64,000 bases of DNA, taken from the sequence record PQ356294.1; one strand, written 5' to 3'. The position numbers and the translations under genes are program-made. This document shows, piece by piece, positions 40,203 to 50,029 of this stretch. The notes below the pieces were generated by a model. It had not been told where the DNA came from. It did not search any database and saw nothing but the letters and a program-made list of their open reading frames with translations. Each line of letters opens with the position of its first letter. Position 1 is the stretch's first letter. This DNA comes from Escherichia phage Ec_YwIITB1.

Positions 40203-40325
40203 CGTTTTGTGAAAAAAAGTTTTAGGGAATTCTGGGGCAGGGAGGGGCAATTAAAAGGTAGGATAATATATTATAAAGGGTATAAACTAAATGATGCCTA
40301 GAAAGGCCCAGAAAGGCCTAGATAC

Positions 40326-40351
40326 CAAAAAGCCCTATCATTTAGATAGGG
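40326..40351 (-). terminator. intrinsic terminator downstream of 40360..40923
   Basis: ccctatc-attta-gataggg hairpin followed on minus strand by CUUUUUGG. Confidence 0.55.
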
Positions 40352-40359
40352 ATTTAAAA

Positions 40360-40923
40360 TTATTTATCTAGTTTAGTTATTATAGCTTCTGCAGCAGCTT
40401 TTAGCTTAGATGCGGTGTTAATACGATTTTTAATTTCAGTATACGCGTCGCCAAGAACATCAAGGCTATCAGAATAAACACTTACACTATTGCGTTCGCT
40501 ATTTGAAATAGAACCTTTAGTTTTGCGGTCAAAATCGGTGTACACGTCTTGAAGATCGCGGGCTGCCTTCTTTGCATCATCCAATGCATCAAGAGCTTTA
40601 TTCAAAGCATTAACGTATTTTTTAGTGTCGAACATATTCTTAGAAATTTTAACAGGTGCGCGTTCAGGAGTAGCTAACACAGATTTAGGAACCTGAGCAC
40701 CAGATGCCAATTTCTTGGAAATTTTGAAAAATGCTTTATTGAATTTATTTTCTTGACTCATTGTAAAAGAACTATTATCGATGTTGTACATTTCAATAGC
40801 TTTAGCTTTCCACTTAAGAAAATCGCCGCGGTCTTTTGGGTCCAAGTGGAAGAATACTTTAGTAAGATCTGCTTCAGATGGTAATTTTGCTGCTTCGGTT
40901 AAAAATTCGGCATAGGTTTTCAT
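40360..40923 (-). CDS. internal-protein-like capsid-targeted protein
   Basis: N-terminus MKTYAEFLTE-AA; 187 aa. Confidence 0.6.
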   Translation of the reverse strand: MKTYAEFLTEAAKLPSEADLTKVFFHLDPKDRGDFLKWKAKAIEMYNIDNSSFTMSQENKFNKAFFKISKKLASGAQVPKSVLATPERAPVKISKNMFDTKKYVNALNKALDALDDAKKAARDLQDVYTDFDRKTKGSISNSERNSVSVYSDSLDVLGDAYTEIKNRINTASKLKAAAEAIITKLDK

Positions 40924-41011
40924 TTAAAATCCTTGAAATAATTTATCGGTTGGTTATTAATTATTTATTACTTTGTTATTATCCGTAACAGCATTCTATA
41001 TGTGATTCAAA

Positions 41012-41041
41012 CTAAAAAGCCCCAACCTTTTGGTCAGGGCT
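41012..41041 (-). terminator. intrinsic terminator, repeat copy 1
   Basis: agcccc..aacc-tttt-ggt..ggggct hairpin plus U run. Confidence 0.55.
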
Positions 41042-41048
41042 AAGAATG

Positions 41049-41522
41049 TTATTTGATTTGTTTAGCAGACCAAATGCGGTCTTTAATAATTTTTTGGATG
41101 TCTTCAACATACTCAAGAGAGTGAACATGTGGATTATCTTTGAAACTATAAGCACGGGCTAGCTTTTGGCCTTCGGTTTTGATTACTAAAAGCTCTTTAA
41201 GGATAGCTTCATATTTAGAGATAATTCCTTTAACGATATTTTTTTCTTGTGCAGCTTTAGGATCTGCTTTAGGAGCAGGTTTACCCGAAGCCTTTGCAAA
41301 AGCAGCGCCAGTAGCAACTAAACTTTTCCAGGCCATACTAACTGCATTTCCAGTAAATCCTTCTGCTTTCATGTCGCGAGCAAATTGGAATCGTGATTCG
41401 TCAGAAGCATCTTTATAGGAATATTTACCCGCTGCAATGGCTGCTTTTGCGACAGCTTGAATTTCGGTGCTAGATGCTTCATTTAACACCGCTTCATTTA
41501 AAAATTGAGCATATGATTTCAT
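41049..41522 (-). CDS. internal-protein-like capsid-targeted protein
   Basis: N-terminus MKSYAQFLNE-AV; 157 aa; Ala/Lys-rich. Confidence 0.6.
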   Translation of the reverse strand: MKSYAQFLNEAVLNEASSTEIQAVAKAAIAAGKYSYKDASDESRFQFARDMKAEGFTGNAVSMAWKSLVATGAAFAKASGKPAPKADPKAAQEKNIVKGIISKYEAILKELLVIKTEGQKLARAYSFKDNPHVHSLEYVEDIQKIIKDRIWSAKQIK

Positions 41523-41562
41523 CTTATTTCCTGTTTTAATTCGTGGATTTAATATACTACTG

Positions 41563-41570
41563 TATTTATA
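41563..41570 (-). promoter_or_regulatory. late promoter TATAAATA
   Basis: Plus-strand tatttata about 40 nt upstream of the 41522 start. Confidence 0.55.
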
Positions 41571-41600
41571 CTAAAAAGCCCCAACCTTTCGGTCGGGGCT
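41571..41600 (-). terminator. intrinsic terminator, repeat copy 2 (10 bp stem, GAAA loop, U5)
   Basis: Minus strand AGCCCCGACC-GAAA-GGUUGGGGCU then UUUUU; terminates tRNA-cluster transcripts. Confidence 0.7.
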
Positions 41601-41652
41601 AAGCCTTGCGGCAACCTTGTCGGGGTTCCACCTGCTAAGGCAAGTGTTTGTA

Positions 41653-41743
41653 CGAAACGCCGGGATTTGAACCCGGTTATTAAGCAGTTGACGCTACTCA
41701 ATATTTTTAAAAGGCCATATCTCAACCATATCCGAACGTTCCG
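41653..41743 (-). ncRNA. tRNA-like structured RNA (candidate stable-RNA equivalent)
   Basis: 7 bp acceptor-like stem CGGAACG/CGUUUCG and a perfect T-arm CCGGG-UUCAAAU-CCCGG, but no canonical anticodon arm. Confidence 0.3.
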
Positions 41744-41916
41744 TCAAAAACGCTACTCGGCTTACAGCAAAAATATTTCCTCGAATCGATAATTCTGTGC
41801 GCCGTTTCAGCTGTGATGTAAGGGGACATTAACAGATCGTAAAGATTTGTTAATGCCAGTCCTTACCCAGGGAACATCAGTCCGACGACTTACCGGTAGC
41901 GACCCGGTTTCTTGTT

Positions 41917-41992
41917 TGGTCGAGGCAGTAGGGATCGAACCTACGACCTAGGACTTAGAAGGTCCTTGCTCTTCCTTCTGAGCTATGCCTCG
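41917..41992 (-). tRNA. tRNA-Arg (anticodon UCU)
   Basis: Manual cloverleaf: acceptor CGAGGCA/UGCCUCG, loop CUUCUAA, T-loop UUCGAUC, CCA encoded. Confidence 0.8.
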
Positions 41993-42047
41993 AACCCATG
42001 ACTACGAGAATCACAATCTCGAGTTCTACCAACTGAACTACGGCCAC
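41993..42047 (-). pseudogene. 3'-truncated tRNA-His-like gene (GUG anticodon arm intact) fused to the tRNA-Arg 5' end
   Basis: Acceptor 5' strand, D-arm and CGAGA-UUGUGAU-UCUCG anticodon arm present; T-arm 3' half and acceptor 3' strand absent. Confidence 0.5.
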
Positions 42048-42141
42048 ATTAATACCTACTCCAACAATCAAGATGTCTTCACACGAAATTAAGAGAAGAG
42101 TGATCAGTTCAACCCCTATAATCGCGTCAAGTAGATATTAA

Positions 42142-42157
42142 TGTGACAGTTGTCACA
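42142..42157. repeat. 16 bp near-perfect palindrome tgtgacagttgtcaca
   Basis: Inverted repeat between the tRNA-His remnant and tRNA-Asn. Confidence 0.5.
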
Positions 42158-42161
42158 AATT

Positions 42162-42236
42162 TGGCGGACGTGATAGGATTCGAACCTATAACCAATCGCT
42201 TAACAGGCGATCGCTCTGCCATTGAGCTACACATCC
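42162..42236 (-). tRNA. tRNA-Asn (anticodon GUU)
   Basis: Manual cloverleaf: acceptor GGAUGUG/CACGUCC, loop CUGUUAA, CCA encoded. Confidence 0.75.
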
Positions 42237-42240
42237 AAAT

Positions 42241-42327
42241 TGGTGGGGAGTGGTGGAGTCGAACCACCCGAGTCGCAATGACAATGGATTTACAGTCCAC
42301 ACCGCTACCTCTACGGGATAACTCCCC
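42241..42327 (-). tRNA. tRNA-Tyr (anticodon GUA), class II with long variable arm
   Basis: Manual cloverleaf: acceptor GGGGAGU/ACUCCCC, loop CUGUAAA, T-arm GGUGG-UUCGACU-CCACC, CCA encoded. Confidence 0.7.
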
Positions 42328-42340
42328 TTAATTCTTAATT

Positions 42341-42415
42341 TGGTGGCCCTGGGTGGAATTGAACCACCATCTGGCGATTATGAGTCGCTTGCTTGAACCT
42401 TCCAGCTACAGGGCC
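42341..42415 (-). tRNA. tRNA-Ile/Met type (anticodon CAU)
   Basis: Manual cloverleaf: acceptor GGCCCUG/CAGGGCC, loop CUCAUAA, CCA encoded. Confidence 0.75.
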
Positions 42416-42416
42416 T

Positions 42417-42492
42417 TGGTGCTGATTGACGGAATTGAACCGCCGACCTTCCCATTACAAGTGAGTTGCTCTACCTACTGAGCTAAATCAGC
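42417..42492 (-). tRNA. tRNA-Thr (anticodon UGU)
   Basis: Manual cloverleaf, loop CUUGUAA, CCA encoded. Confidence 0.8.
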
Positions 42493-42497
42493 AAAAC

Positions 42498-42587
42498 TGG
42501 CGGAGGCGATAGGATTTGAACCTATGAGTCGCCGGAGCGACTGCCGGTTTTCAAGACCGGTGCATTAAACCACTCTGCCACGCCTCC
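42498..42587 (-). tRNA. tRNA-Ser (anticodon UGA), long variable arm
   Basis: Manual cloverleaf: acceptor GGAGGCG/CGCCUCC, loop CUUGAAA, CCA encoded. Confidence 0.8.
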
Positions 42588-42589
42588 AG

Positions 42590-42663
42590 TCTCCATACAA
42601 GGATTTGAACCTTGGACCTCCTGATCCCAAATCAGGCGCTCTACCAAACTGAGCTACACGGAG
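42590..42663 (-). tRNA. tRNA-Pro (anticodon UGG)
   Basis: Manual cloverleaf, loop UUUGGGA; CCA not encoded. Confidence 0.8.
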
Positions 42664-42673
42664 TAAATTAAAT

Positions 42674-42747
<74 letters not shown>

Positions 42748-42752
42748 AAATT

Positions 42753-42839
42753 TGGTGCGAGAAGTGGGACTCGAACCCACAAGGAAATCATTCCGCAGCA
42801 TTTTAAGTGCTGTGCCTTTACCAATTTGACCATTCTCGC
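42753..42839 (-). tRNA. tRNA-Leu (anticodon UAA), long variable arm
   Basis: Manual cloverleaf: acceptor GCGAGAA/UUCUCGC, loop CUUAAAA, CCA encoded. Confidence 0.8.
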
Positions 42840-42840
42840 G

Positions 42841-42913
42841 CTGGGAATAAAGGACTCGAACCTTTGCATCCTGGAATCAAAATCCAGTGCCTTACCAACT
42901 TGGCTAATTCCCA
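42841..42913 (-). tRNA. tRNA-Gln (anticodon UUG)
   Basis: Manual cloverleaf: acceptor UGGGAAU/AUUCCCA, loop UUUUGAU; CCA not encoded. Confidence 0.8.
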
Positions 42914-43017
42914 ATTATTAACAAAGGCTCTCAAGCAAGAACCCTTGATGATAGAGGGTATTAATCAGTGCGGTATGAGTTAATAATAACAAATAATTCT
43001 TAAAGCATATTTACCAT

Positions 43018-43302
43018 TTATGATAATACATATTTAATGCATTCAAGACCCAAAGGATTCTTGAAAATATCATATTCAAGAGGACCTTTTTCTGTTTCAA
43101 TAAAGAAATCAAAATTTACTGTATTAAATTTACGGTCTTCCTTTACTAATTTAACTTGAGAAGATGAACGGTCAATGTAAACCTTTTCAACTTCAAAATA
43201 TGTTAAAATGCCATAATCATCAATCAAAGCTTTAGCTGCTTCTTGATCATATTTATATCCATTTTCAATGGATGATACTTTCGCATAAAGAATCACTATC
43301 AA
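43018..43302 (-). CDS. hypothetical protein
   Basis: 94 aa ORF. Confidence 0.55.
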   Translation of the reverse strand: MIVILYAKVSSIENGYKYDQEAAKALIDDYGILTYFEVEKVYIDRSSSQVKLVKEDRKFNTVNFDFFIETEKGPLEYDIFKNPLGLECIKYVLS

Positions 43303-43709
43303 CCTCTATCAACAATAACATGAGTATGGGCATTTACAATTTGCCACCAATCGAAACGATTGGAACCATAATCTGGTTTATTTTCATTTTCTTTAATGAT
43401 ATCACGCAGTTTATCTTCTGTTTCAGCATACGCAATTAAATCATCATATCCACCACAAGGATAATAATTATCACCTGCGAATAAAAGAAAATTTACCTTA
43501 GATGGATTTACGTAATAATGGTCTTTAGGATATTTAGTTCCTCTCCAATCAATTACTTCAACATAACGATAAGAAAATCCATTTTTACTTTCAATCCAAC
43601 TCCACGCTTCAAAAGGAGTATTAAAAACTTTATCAGGTATTAAATTACCTTCAAAATGAGAAGGATTTGCATAATCCCCAGCATAAACATAGTATTCGTT
43701 AATACTCAT
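43299..43709 (-). CDS. hypothetical protein
   Basis: Start trimmed to ATG 43707-43709 with AAAGGTGA RBS. Confidence 0.55.
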   Translation of the reverse strand: MSINEYYVYAGDYANPSHFEGNLIPDKVFNTPFEAWSWIESKNGFSYRYVEVIDWRGTKYPKDHYYVNPSKVNFLLFAGDNYYPCGGYDDLIAYAETEDKLRDIIKENENKPDYGSNRFDWWQIVNAHTHVIVDRG

Positions 43710-43710
43710 A

Positions 43711-43896
43711 CTATTCACCTTTAGAAATTTTATCCATAACAATAGCAATTAAACCAATTAAAAATGCTACTACAAGTGAAAAAACATTTTCTGCCGTAGT
43801 CAATAATCCACATATAAATCCAACAAACATTGAAAAACTGAAAGCGGAAGCAGAAATTGCAATAGCAACATTTCGAATTAATTCACAACGTTTCAT
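43711..43896 (-). CDS. small membrane protein
   Basis: 61 aa, two hydrophobic helices. Confidence 0.5.
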   Translation of the reverse strand: MKRCELIRNVAIAISASAFSFSMFVGFICGLLTTAENVFSLVVAFLIGLIAIVMDKISKGE

Positions 43897-43966
43897 TTTA
43901 TTCTCCTCGGTAGTTGATAGGGTAATAGTATCACAACTAAAACCCTATGTAAACAACTTTGTGAAA

Positions 43967-44224
43967 TTATTTTAAATCTTCTAATCGTTTCTTCATCTTA
44001 GAACCATTTTTAGCAATTTCTCCTGCATCGGAGCATAACGCTAAAAGTGCTTTAACTTTAGTTTGGTCTCCTTTAAAAGATGAAGGATTGACCGCAGCAG
44101 CAAGTTCTTTAATACGAGAGAAAAGACGCTCAGCTTCAGCTAAAGCCATTCCAAGCTTTACTTCCATACCGTGGGAAGATTCAGTGATAGTAGTTTTTGT
44201 AGCAAACTCTTTGAAAGTTTTCAT
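43967..44224 (-). CDS. internal protein I-like small protein
   Basis: 85 aa; N-terminus MKTFKEFATK resembles the capsid targeting sequence; sits upstream of 57B as ipI does in T4. Confidence 0.5.
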   Translation of the reverse strand: MKTFKEFATKTTITESSHGMEVKLGMALAEAERLFSRIKELAAAVNPSSFKGDQTKVKALLALCSDAGEIAKNGSKMKKRLEDLK

Positions 44225-44296
44225 TTTATTTTCCTAATTAATTTTGATGAGGTAATAGTATCACTACCTCATCAGCATGTAAACAACTTTGTGAAA

Positions 44297-44981
<685 letters not shown>

Positions 44982-44982
<1 letters not shown>

Positions 44983-45707
44983 TATAGTACCTTTAGTGTA
45001 TTTTTAATTTTAGAAAAAAGTTCTTCAAGAGAACCATCGTTTGTAATTACTAAATCGCCATCACGAATTGGCAATCCAGCTTCTGTAATATGTGTATCAT
45101 TGGATTTTTGACCAGGACGAACTACATGAATTACTGTAGCACCCATCGCCCTAGCCGCATCCATTTCATGATCTTGACGGGTATCAGGAACGATATAATA
45201 ATCATAACCTGAGTTAAATTTATCAAGATAATCTAAAGCAAATAATTTTACCCAATACATGCGGTCGAAGTTATTAACAATCAAATCCGTACCTAGGGCT
45301 TGCATCAGACGACGGATTGACCATTGATCTTCAATATTATTTATAACGTCAGCAATCTTGTTAAATGCTACGAAATTAATTGATTCTTTTCCTTCGTCGT
45401 CAAAAACAAACACACCTTTAATCGGGCTTTTACTATTAAGATAGCAAAATGCTTGTTCCATAATCGTAATTACTTCTAATTTAGTCAGATTTAAATTAGT
45501 CTCACGATCATAGTCAATTCCTTCAAACTCTCTACGAGTTAAGCAAGGATAGTCAGTGTTTGCTGCAAATACACCCCATGCATAGGCCAATGCATCCTTA
45601 ATAGGACCAGCAAGTTGATATTTAACTGCAGAATAATTATTCATGATAAAATCTGCAGTAGTATCTTTTCCACTACGCTTTACACCACTTAAAAAGATCA
45701 GTTTCAT
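44982..45707 (-). CDS. 1: deoxynucleoside monophosphate kinase gp1
   Basis: 241 aa; P-loop GVKRSGKDT. Confidence 0.9.
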
Positions 45708-45756
45708 ATGTTTCTCCTCAAATTTAGTTAAGATTATAACACATGAAACTGAAGCA

Positions 45757-46287
45757 TTAAACTTCTGCTATAATTTTACCATCTTTTTCTACTTGAAAAT
45801 ACGTATAAGGAATCGTTGCTGTGCATACTAAGGCTGGGTCTGAATCTTCCGTGTAGCTAAATTCTACTTCAGACAGGTCAGAAACCCAAGGCTTATAAAA
45901 ATTTATTGACATCACGATTTCAGTTTTGCTATTATCTAAAATGTAAAGCGTAATGTATTCAGGACCTGTTTTTTGGGCAGTATTTTCGCCTGTAAGATAG
46001 TTACTAGTTCCTAGCATCCATTCATACATTCCTATCCACGACTTAAGCTCTTCGTCAACTATAAATCTCACGATGAGTGGATCGTATTCAAATGTAACTC
46101 CTGGACGTTGTGCTCTGCCTAGTCCAAACGGCCCAGTCACGGTATCAGTAACAGGTATCCTAATTCCTGGAATAGGAACTGACTGAGCATTTAAAGTAAA
46201 AGCAGATGTAGTATTACTATGTGGTATTGATACTACAAAGTTAGTTGTATTTGCTTGGTTAAAAATTTGTTGCAGTGCTTGCGACAT
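45757..46287 (-). CDS. 3: tail tube terminator / sheath stabiliser gp3
   Basis: Start trimmed to ATG 46285-46287 (MSQALQQ, 176 aa) with GAGGA RBS. Confidence 0.85.
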   Translation of the reverse strand: MSQALQQIFNQANTTNFVVSIPHSNTTSAFTLNAQSVPIPGIRIPVTDTVTGPFGLGRAQRPGVTFEYDPLIVRFIVDEELKSWIGMYEWMLGTSNYLTGENTAQKTGPEYITLYILDNSKTEIVMSINFYKPWVSDLSEVEFSYTEDSDPALVCTATIPYTYFQVEKDGKIIAEV

Positions 46288-46393
46288 ATATTCCTCATAA
46301 TGCTTTATAAATGTTGGTGGTATAATGGGTCTAAGTCCCTTCCATTCAATTCCAATTAGAACAAACAATAGAAAAGAATGGAAGATAATAGAA

Positions 46394-47218
46394 TTAGATA
46401 TTTGACCAGACTTTGTTTGCAGAGAAACGTTTTCCTTTTGAAACGAACTGCTGAAGCGGCATTAATACAACGTTCGCCCAGTCTTTCGGGGCGATTTCAA
46501 CGAGGCTACCCATAATATTACCGGGGATATATGCCTTAATCATTTGGTCTGCACCCCTAAATCCTTTCACTTGACTCCAATCAATTTTTAATTTCGTTTT
46601 ATTAGTAATAGTAGGTGTATTTGAATATTGCTTTAAAAGCTCTTCTAGAAATTGCTGACGAGCTTTAGGTGGAATATAGTGCAAGTTCAATCCATACATT
46701 AAATTATGTTTACCTAAACCAAGGTAAATTATCAAAGGAAATTTATCCCAGTAAGGAAGAGTTTCCTTGTGTTTAGCATCATAAGCAAAAGCATATATTC
46801 GTCCCGGCTGCGGGCGAACAACTTTATGTCCTTTTACTTGCTTAATAGTTTCAGCAAACCACTTTCTGGTTTTATTATTAATTGCTGCACCTTCATTACG
46901 AATTTTATCACGCAATGTTTGCCTGAATGAATTTATCATAAGCAGTTGTCTTTCTTGCTTATTGAGTTTATTCATTGGTTTTGATTCAAGCTTTTGAATC
47001 TTTTCAGCTGTTTTAATTCCTGAAGCATATTTTGACATTGCTGAAGTAAACGTAGAGTATTTGATTCCTCTTTCTTCAGCAAATTGCTTTCCTGTCATTC
47101 CTTTTGCTTTGGCCTTTTTATATTCAAGACCTATCTGAATCCATTTCTTTTCGTTTAATGATTGCTTAACCTTTGGAACTTGGGGAGTGCTTTCATTAAT
47201 TATTTGAAAAATAGCCAT
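46394..47218 (-). CDS. 2: DNA end protector gp2
   Basis: 274 aa, T4 order. Confidence 0.85.
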   Translation of the reverse strand: MAIFQIINESTPQVPKVKQSLNEKKWIQIGLEYKKAKAKGMTGKQFAEERGIKYSTFTSAMSKYASGIKTAEKIQKLESKPMNKLNKQERQLLMINSFRQTLRDKIRNEGAAINNKTRKWFAETIKQVKGHKVVRPQPGRIYAFAYDAKHKETLPYWDKFPLIIYLGLGKHNLMYGLNLHYIPPKARQQFLEELLKQYSNTPTITNKTKLKIDWSQVKGFRGADQMIKAYIPGNIMGSLVEIAPKDWANVVLMPLQQFVSKGKRFSANKVWSNI

Positions 47219-47670
47219 TATGCCCCCTTAAAGCCAAGAGCTCGTAATCCATCTTCTGTTAAAATTCTAAATTTTATTCCACGCTTTTCAGCTAAAGCTT
47301 GTGCTGCTTTCCATTTGTCAGTATTAACGGAATATGTATAAATTTCATTCATAAATCTTTTCTTCGCTGCAGTTGTTAGATGTGCTGGTTTAACTGGTGG
47401 TTGTGTTTCTTTTTTAGGTTTTATTTCAATAAAAAATTCTTGTCCAGAAGAATCTTTCATCCAAATATCCATGAAGTATCTACGTTTTTTCCCTTCTGCA
47501 TTACAAAAATAAGGAATTACTGCTGTTTCACTACCCCATGCAATAATTTCTGGATTTTTATCTAACCATTCAAAAAAGAATTTTTCCCAATTTGATCTAT
47601 ACGTAATTTTTTTAGGGTCACCTCTATATTTTGATATATTTTTAGGAACCCATTTTCCAGAATATGCCAT
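47218..47670 (-). CDS. 4: head completion protein gp4
   Basis: 150 aa, T4 order. Confidence 0.85.
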   Translation of the reverse strand: MAYSGKWVPKNISKYRGDPKKITYRSNWEKFFFEWLDKNPEIIAWGSETAVIPYFCNAEGKKRRYFMDIWMKDSSGQEFFIEIKPKKETQPPVKPAHLTTAAKKRFMNEIYTYSVNTDKWKAAQALAEKRGIKFRILTEDGLRALGFKGA

Positions 47671-47681
47671 TGGATTCTCCT

Positions 47682-47689
47682 TATAAATA
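47682..47689 (+). promoter_or_regulatory. late promoter TATAAATA for gene 53
   Basis: Exact TATAAATA about 29 nt upstream of the gene 53 ATG. Confidence 0.7.
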
Positions 47690-47696
47690 GATAATA

Positions 47697-47704
47697 TATT
47701 TATA
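47697..47704 (-). promoter_or_regulatory. late promoter TATAAATA for gene 4 (divergent)
   Basis: Minus-strand TATAAATA about 26 nt upstream of the gene 4 ATG. Confidence 0.65.
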
Positions 47705-47717
47705 AACAGGAGGGCCC

Positions 47718-48308
47718 ATGCTCTTTACATTTTTTGATCCGATTGAATATGCGGCCAAAACGGTGAATAAAAACGCGCCGACTATTCCTATGACAGATAT
47801 TTTTAGAAACTATAAAGGTTATTTCAAACGTGCTCTTGCGGGGTACCGCTTACGTACTTATTATATTAAAGGTTCACCGCGCCCGGAAGAATTAGCAAAT
47901 GCTATATATGGAAATCCGCAGTTGTATTGGGTTTTATTGATGTGTAATGATAATTATGATCCGTATTATGGATGGATTACTTCGCAAGAAGCTGCTTATC
48001 AAGCATCTATACAAAAATACAAAAATATAGGTGGAGACCAAATAGTATATCATGTGAATGAGAACGGTGAAAAATTTTATAATTTAATATCATACGATGA
48101 TAATCCACATATTTGGTACGATAAAGGTGATAAAGCTAGAAAATATCCTCAGTATAAAGGTGCACTTGCCGCAGTCGATACGTATGAAGCTTCTGTTCTT
48201 GAAAATGAAAAACTTCGTCAAATAAAAATAATAGCAAAATCAGACATTAATTCATTTATGAACGACCTTATGCGTATAATGGAGAAATCTTATGGAAATG
48301 ATAAGTAA
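47718..48308 (+). CDS. 53: baseplate wedge protein gp53
   Basis: 196 aa; GGAGGG RBS. Confidence 0.9.
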   Translation: MLFTFFDPIEYAAKTVNKNAPTIPMTDIFRNYKGYFKRALAGYRLRTYYIKGSPRPEELANAIYGNPQLYWVLLMCNDNYDPYYGWITSQEAAYQASIQKYKNIGGDQIVYHVNENGEKFYNLISYDDNPHIWYDKGDKARKYPQYKGALAAVDTYEASVLENEKLRQIKIIAKSDINSFMNDLMRIMEKSYGNDK

Positions 48309-50019
48309 TAACCTTAATTGGTTTGTTGGTGTTGTTGAAGATAGAATGGACCCATTAAAATTAGGTCGTGTTCGTGTTCGTGTAGTTGGTCTGCATCCAC
48401 CTCAAAGAGCACAAGGCGATGTAATGGGTATTCCAACTGATAAATTACCGTGGATGTCAGTTATTCAACCCATAACTTCCGCAGCAATGTCTGGAATTGG
48501 AGGCTCCGTTACTGGTCCGGTGGAAGGAACTAGAGTCTATGGTCATTTTTTAGACAAATGGAAAACTAACGGAATTGTCCTTGGCACGTATGGCGGAATA
48601 GTTCGTGAAAAACCTAATAGACTTGAAGGATTTTCTGATCCGACTGGACAGTATCCTAGACGTTTAGGAAATGATACTAACGTATTAAACCAAGGCGGAG
48701 AAGTAGGATATGATTCGTCTTCTAATATTATCCAAGATAGCAATCTAGATACTGCGATAAATCCTGATGATAGACCACTATCAGAGATTCCAACTGATGA
48801 TAATCCAAATATGTCAATGGCTGAAATGCTTCGCCGCGATGAAGGATTAAGACTAAAGGTTTATTGGGATACTGAAGGATATCCGACAATTGGTATTGGT
48901 CATCTTATCATGAAGCAGCCAGTTCGTGATATGACTCAAATTAATAAAGTTTTATCAAAACAAGTTGGTCGTGAAATTACCGGAAATCCGGGTTCTATTA
49001 CAATGGAAGAAGCAGTAACTTTATTTGAACGTGATTTGGCTGATATGCAACGTGACATTAAATCACATTCTAAAGTTGGCCCAGTTTGGCAAGCAGTTAA
49101 TCGTTCTCGTCAAATGGCATTAGAAAATATGGCATTTCAGATGGGCGTTGGTGGTGTAGCTAAATTTAACACAATGTTAACTGCTATGTTAGCCGGAGAT
49201 TGGGAAAAAGCATATAAAGCTGGTCGTGATTCATTGTGGTATCAACAAACAAAAGGCCGTGCATCTCGTGTTACCATGATTATTCTTACAGGTAATTTGG
49301 AATCATACGGTATTGAAGTGAAAACACCGTCTAGGTCTTTGTCAGCAATGGCTGCTACTGTAGCAAAGTCTTCTGATCCAGCTGATCCTCCTATTCCGAA
49401 TGATTCGAGAATTTTATTTAAAGAACCTGTTTCTTCATATAAAGGTGAATATCCGTATGTTCACACAATGGAAACTGAAAGCGGTCATATTCAGGAATTT
49501 GATGATACCCCTGGGCAAGAACGATACAGATTAGTTCATCCGACTGGAACATATGAGGAAGTATCGCCCTCAGGAAGAAGAACAAGAAAAACTGTTGATA
49601 ATTTGTATGATATAACAAATGCTGATGGTAATTTTTTGGTAGCCGGTGATAAAAAGACTAACGTCGGTGGGTCAGAAATTTATTACAACATGGATAATCG
49701 TCTTCACCAAATAGATGGAAGCAATACAATATTTGTACGTGGCGATGAAACTAAGACGGTTGAAGGTAATGGAACTATCCTAGTCAAAGGTAATGTTACT
49801 ATTGTAGTTGAAGGTAATGCTGACATTACAGTTAAAGGAGATGCTACTACTTTAGTTGAAGGAAACCAGACTAATACAGTAAATGGAAATCTTTCTTGGA
49901 AAGTTGCTGGGACAGTTGATTGGGACGTTGGTGGTGATTGGACGGAAAAAATGGCATCTATGAGTTCTATTTCATCTGGTCAATACACAATTGATGGATC
50001 GAGGATTGACATTGGCTAA
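48292..50019 (+). CDS. 5: baseplate central spike with lysozyme domain gp5
   Basis: 575 aa; internal T4-lysozyme-like domain; C-terminal VxGxxxxx beta-helix repeats. Confidence 0.95.
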   Translation: MEMISNNLNWFVGVVEDRMDPLKLGRVRVRVVGLHPPQRAQGDVMGIPTDKLPWMSVIQPITSAAMSGIGGSVTGPVEGTRVYGHFLDKWKTNGIVLGTYGGIVREKPNRLEGFSDPTGQYPRRLGNDTNVLNQGGEVGYDSSSNIIQDSNLDTAINPDDRPLSEIPTDDNPNMSMAEMLRRDEGLRLKVYWDTEGYPTIGIGHLIMKQPVRDMTQINKVLSKQVGREITGNPGSITMEEAVTLFERDLADMQRDIKSHSKVGPVWQAVNRSRQMALENMAFQMGVGGVAKFNTMLTAMLAGDWEKAYKAGRDSLWYQQTKGRASRVTMIILTGNLESYGIEVKTPSRSLSAMAATVAKSSDPADPPIPNDSRILFKEPVSSYKGEYPYVHTMETESGHIQEFDDTPGQERYRLVHPTGTYEEVSPSGRRTRKTVDNLYDITNADGNFLVAGDKKTNVGGSEIYYNMDNRLHQIDGSNTIFVRGDETKTVEGNGTILVKGNVTIVVEGNADITVKGDATTLVEGNQTNTVNGNLSWKVAGTVDWDVGGDWTEKMASMSSISSGQYTIDGSRIDIG

Positions 50020-50029
50020 TATACTTCCA

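Noticed and set aside
44231-44258. gatgaggta...tacctcatc 9 bp inverted repeat upstream of the ipI-like gene as a terminator
   Set aside because: It lies between a GTTTAC element and the start codon with no U tract; more likely a 5'UTR structure or part of the promoter, left unannotated.
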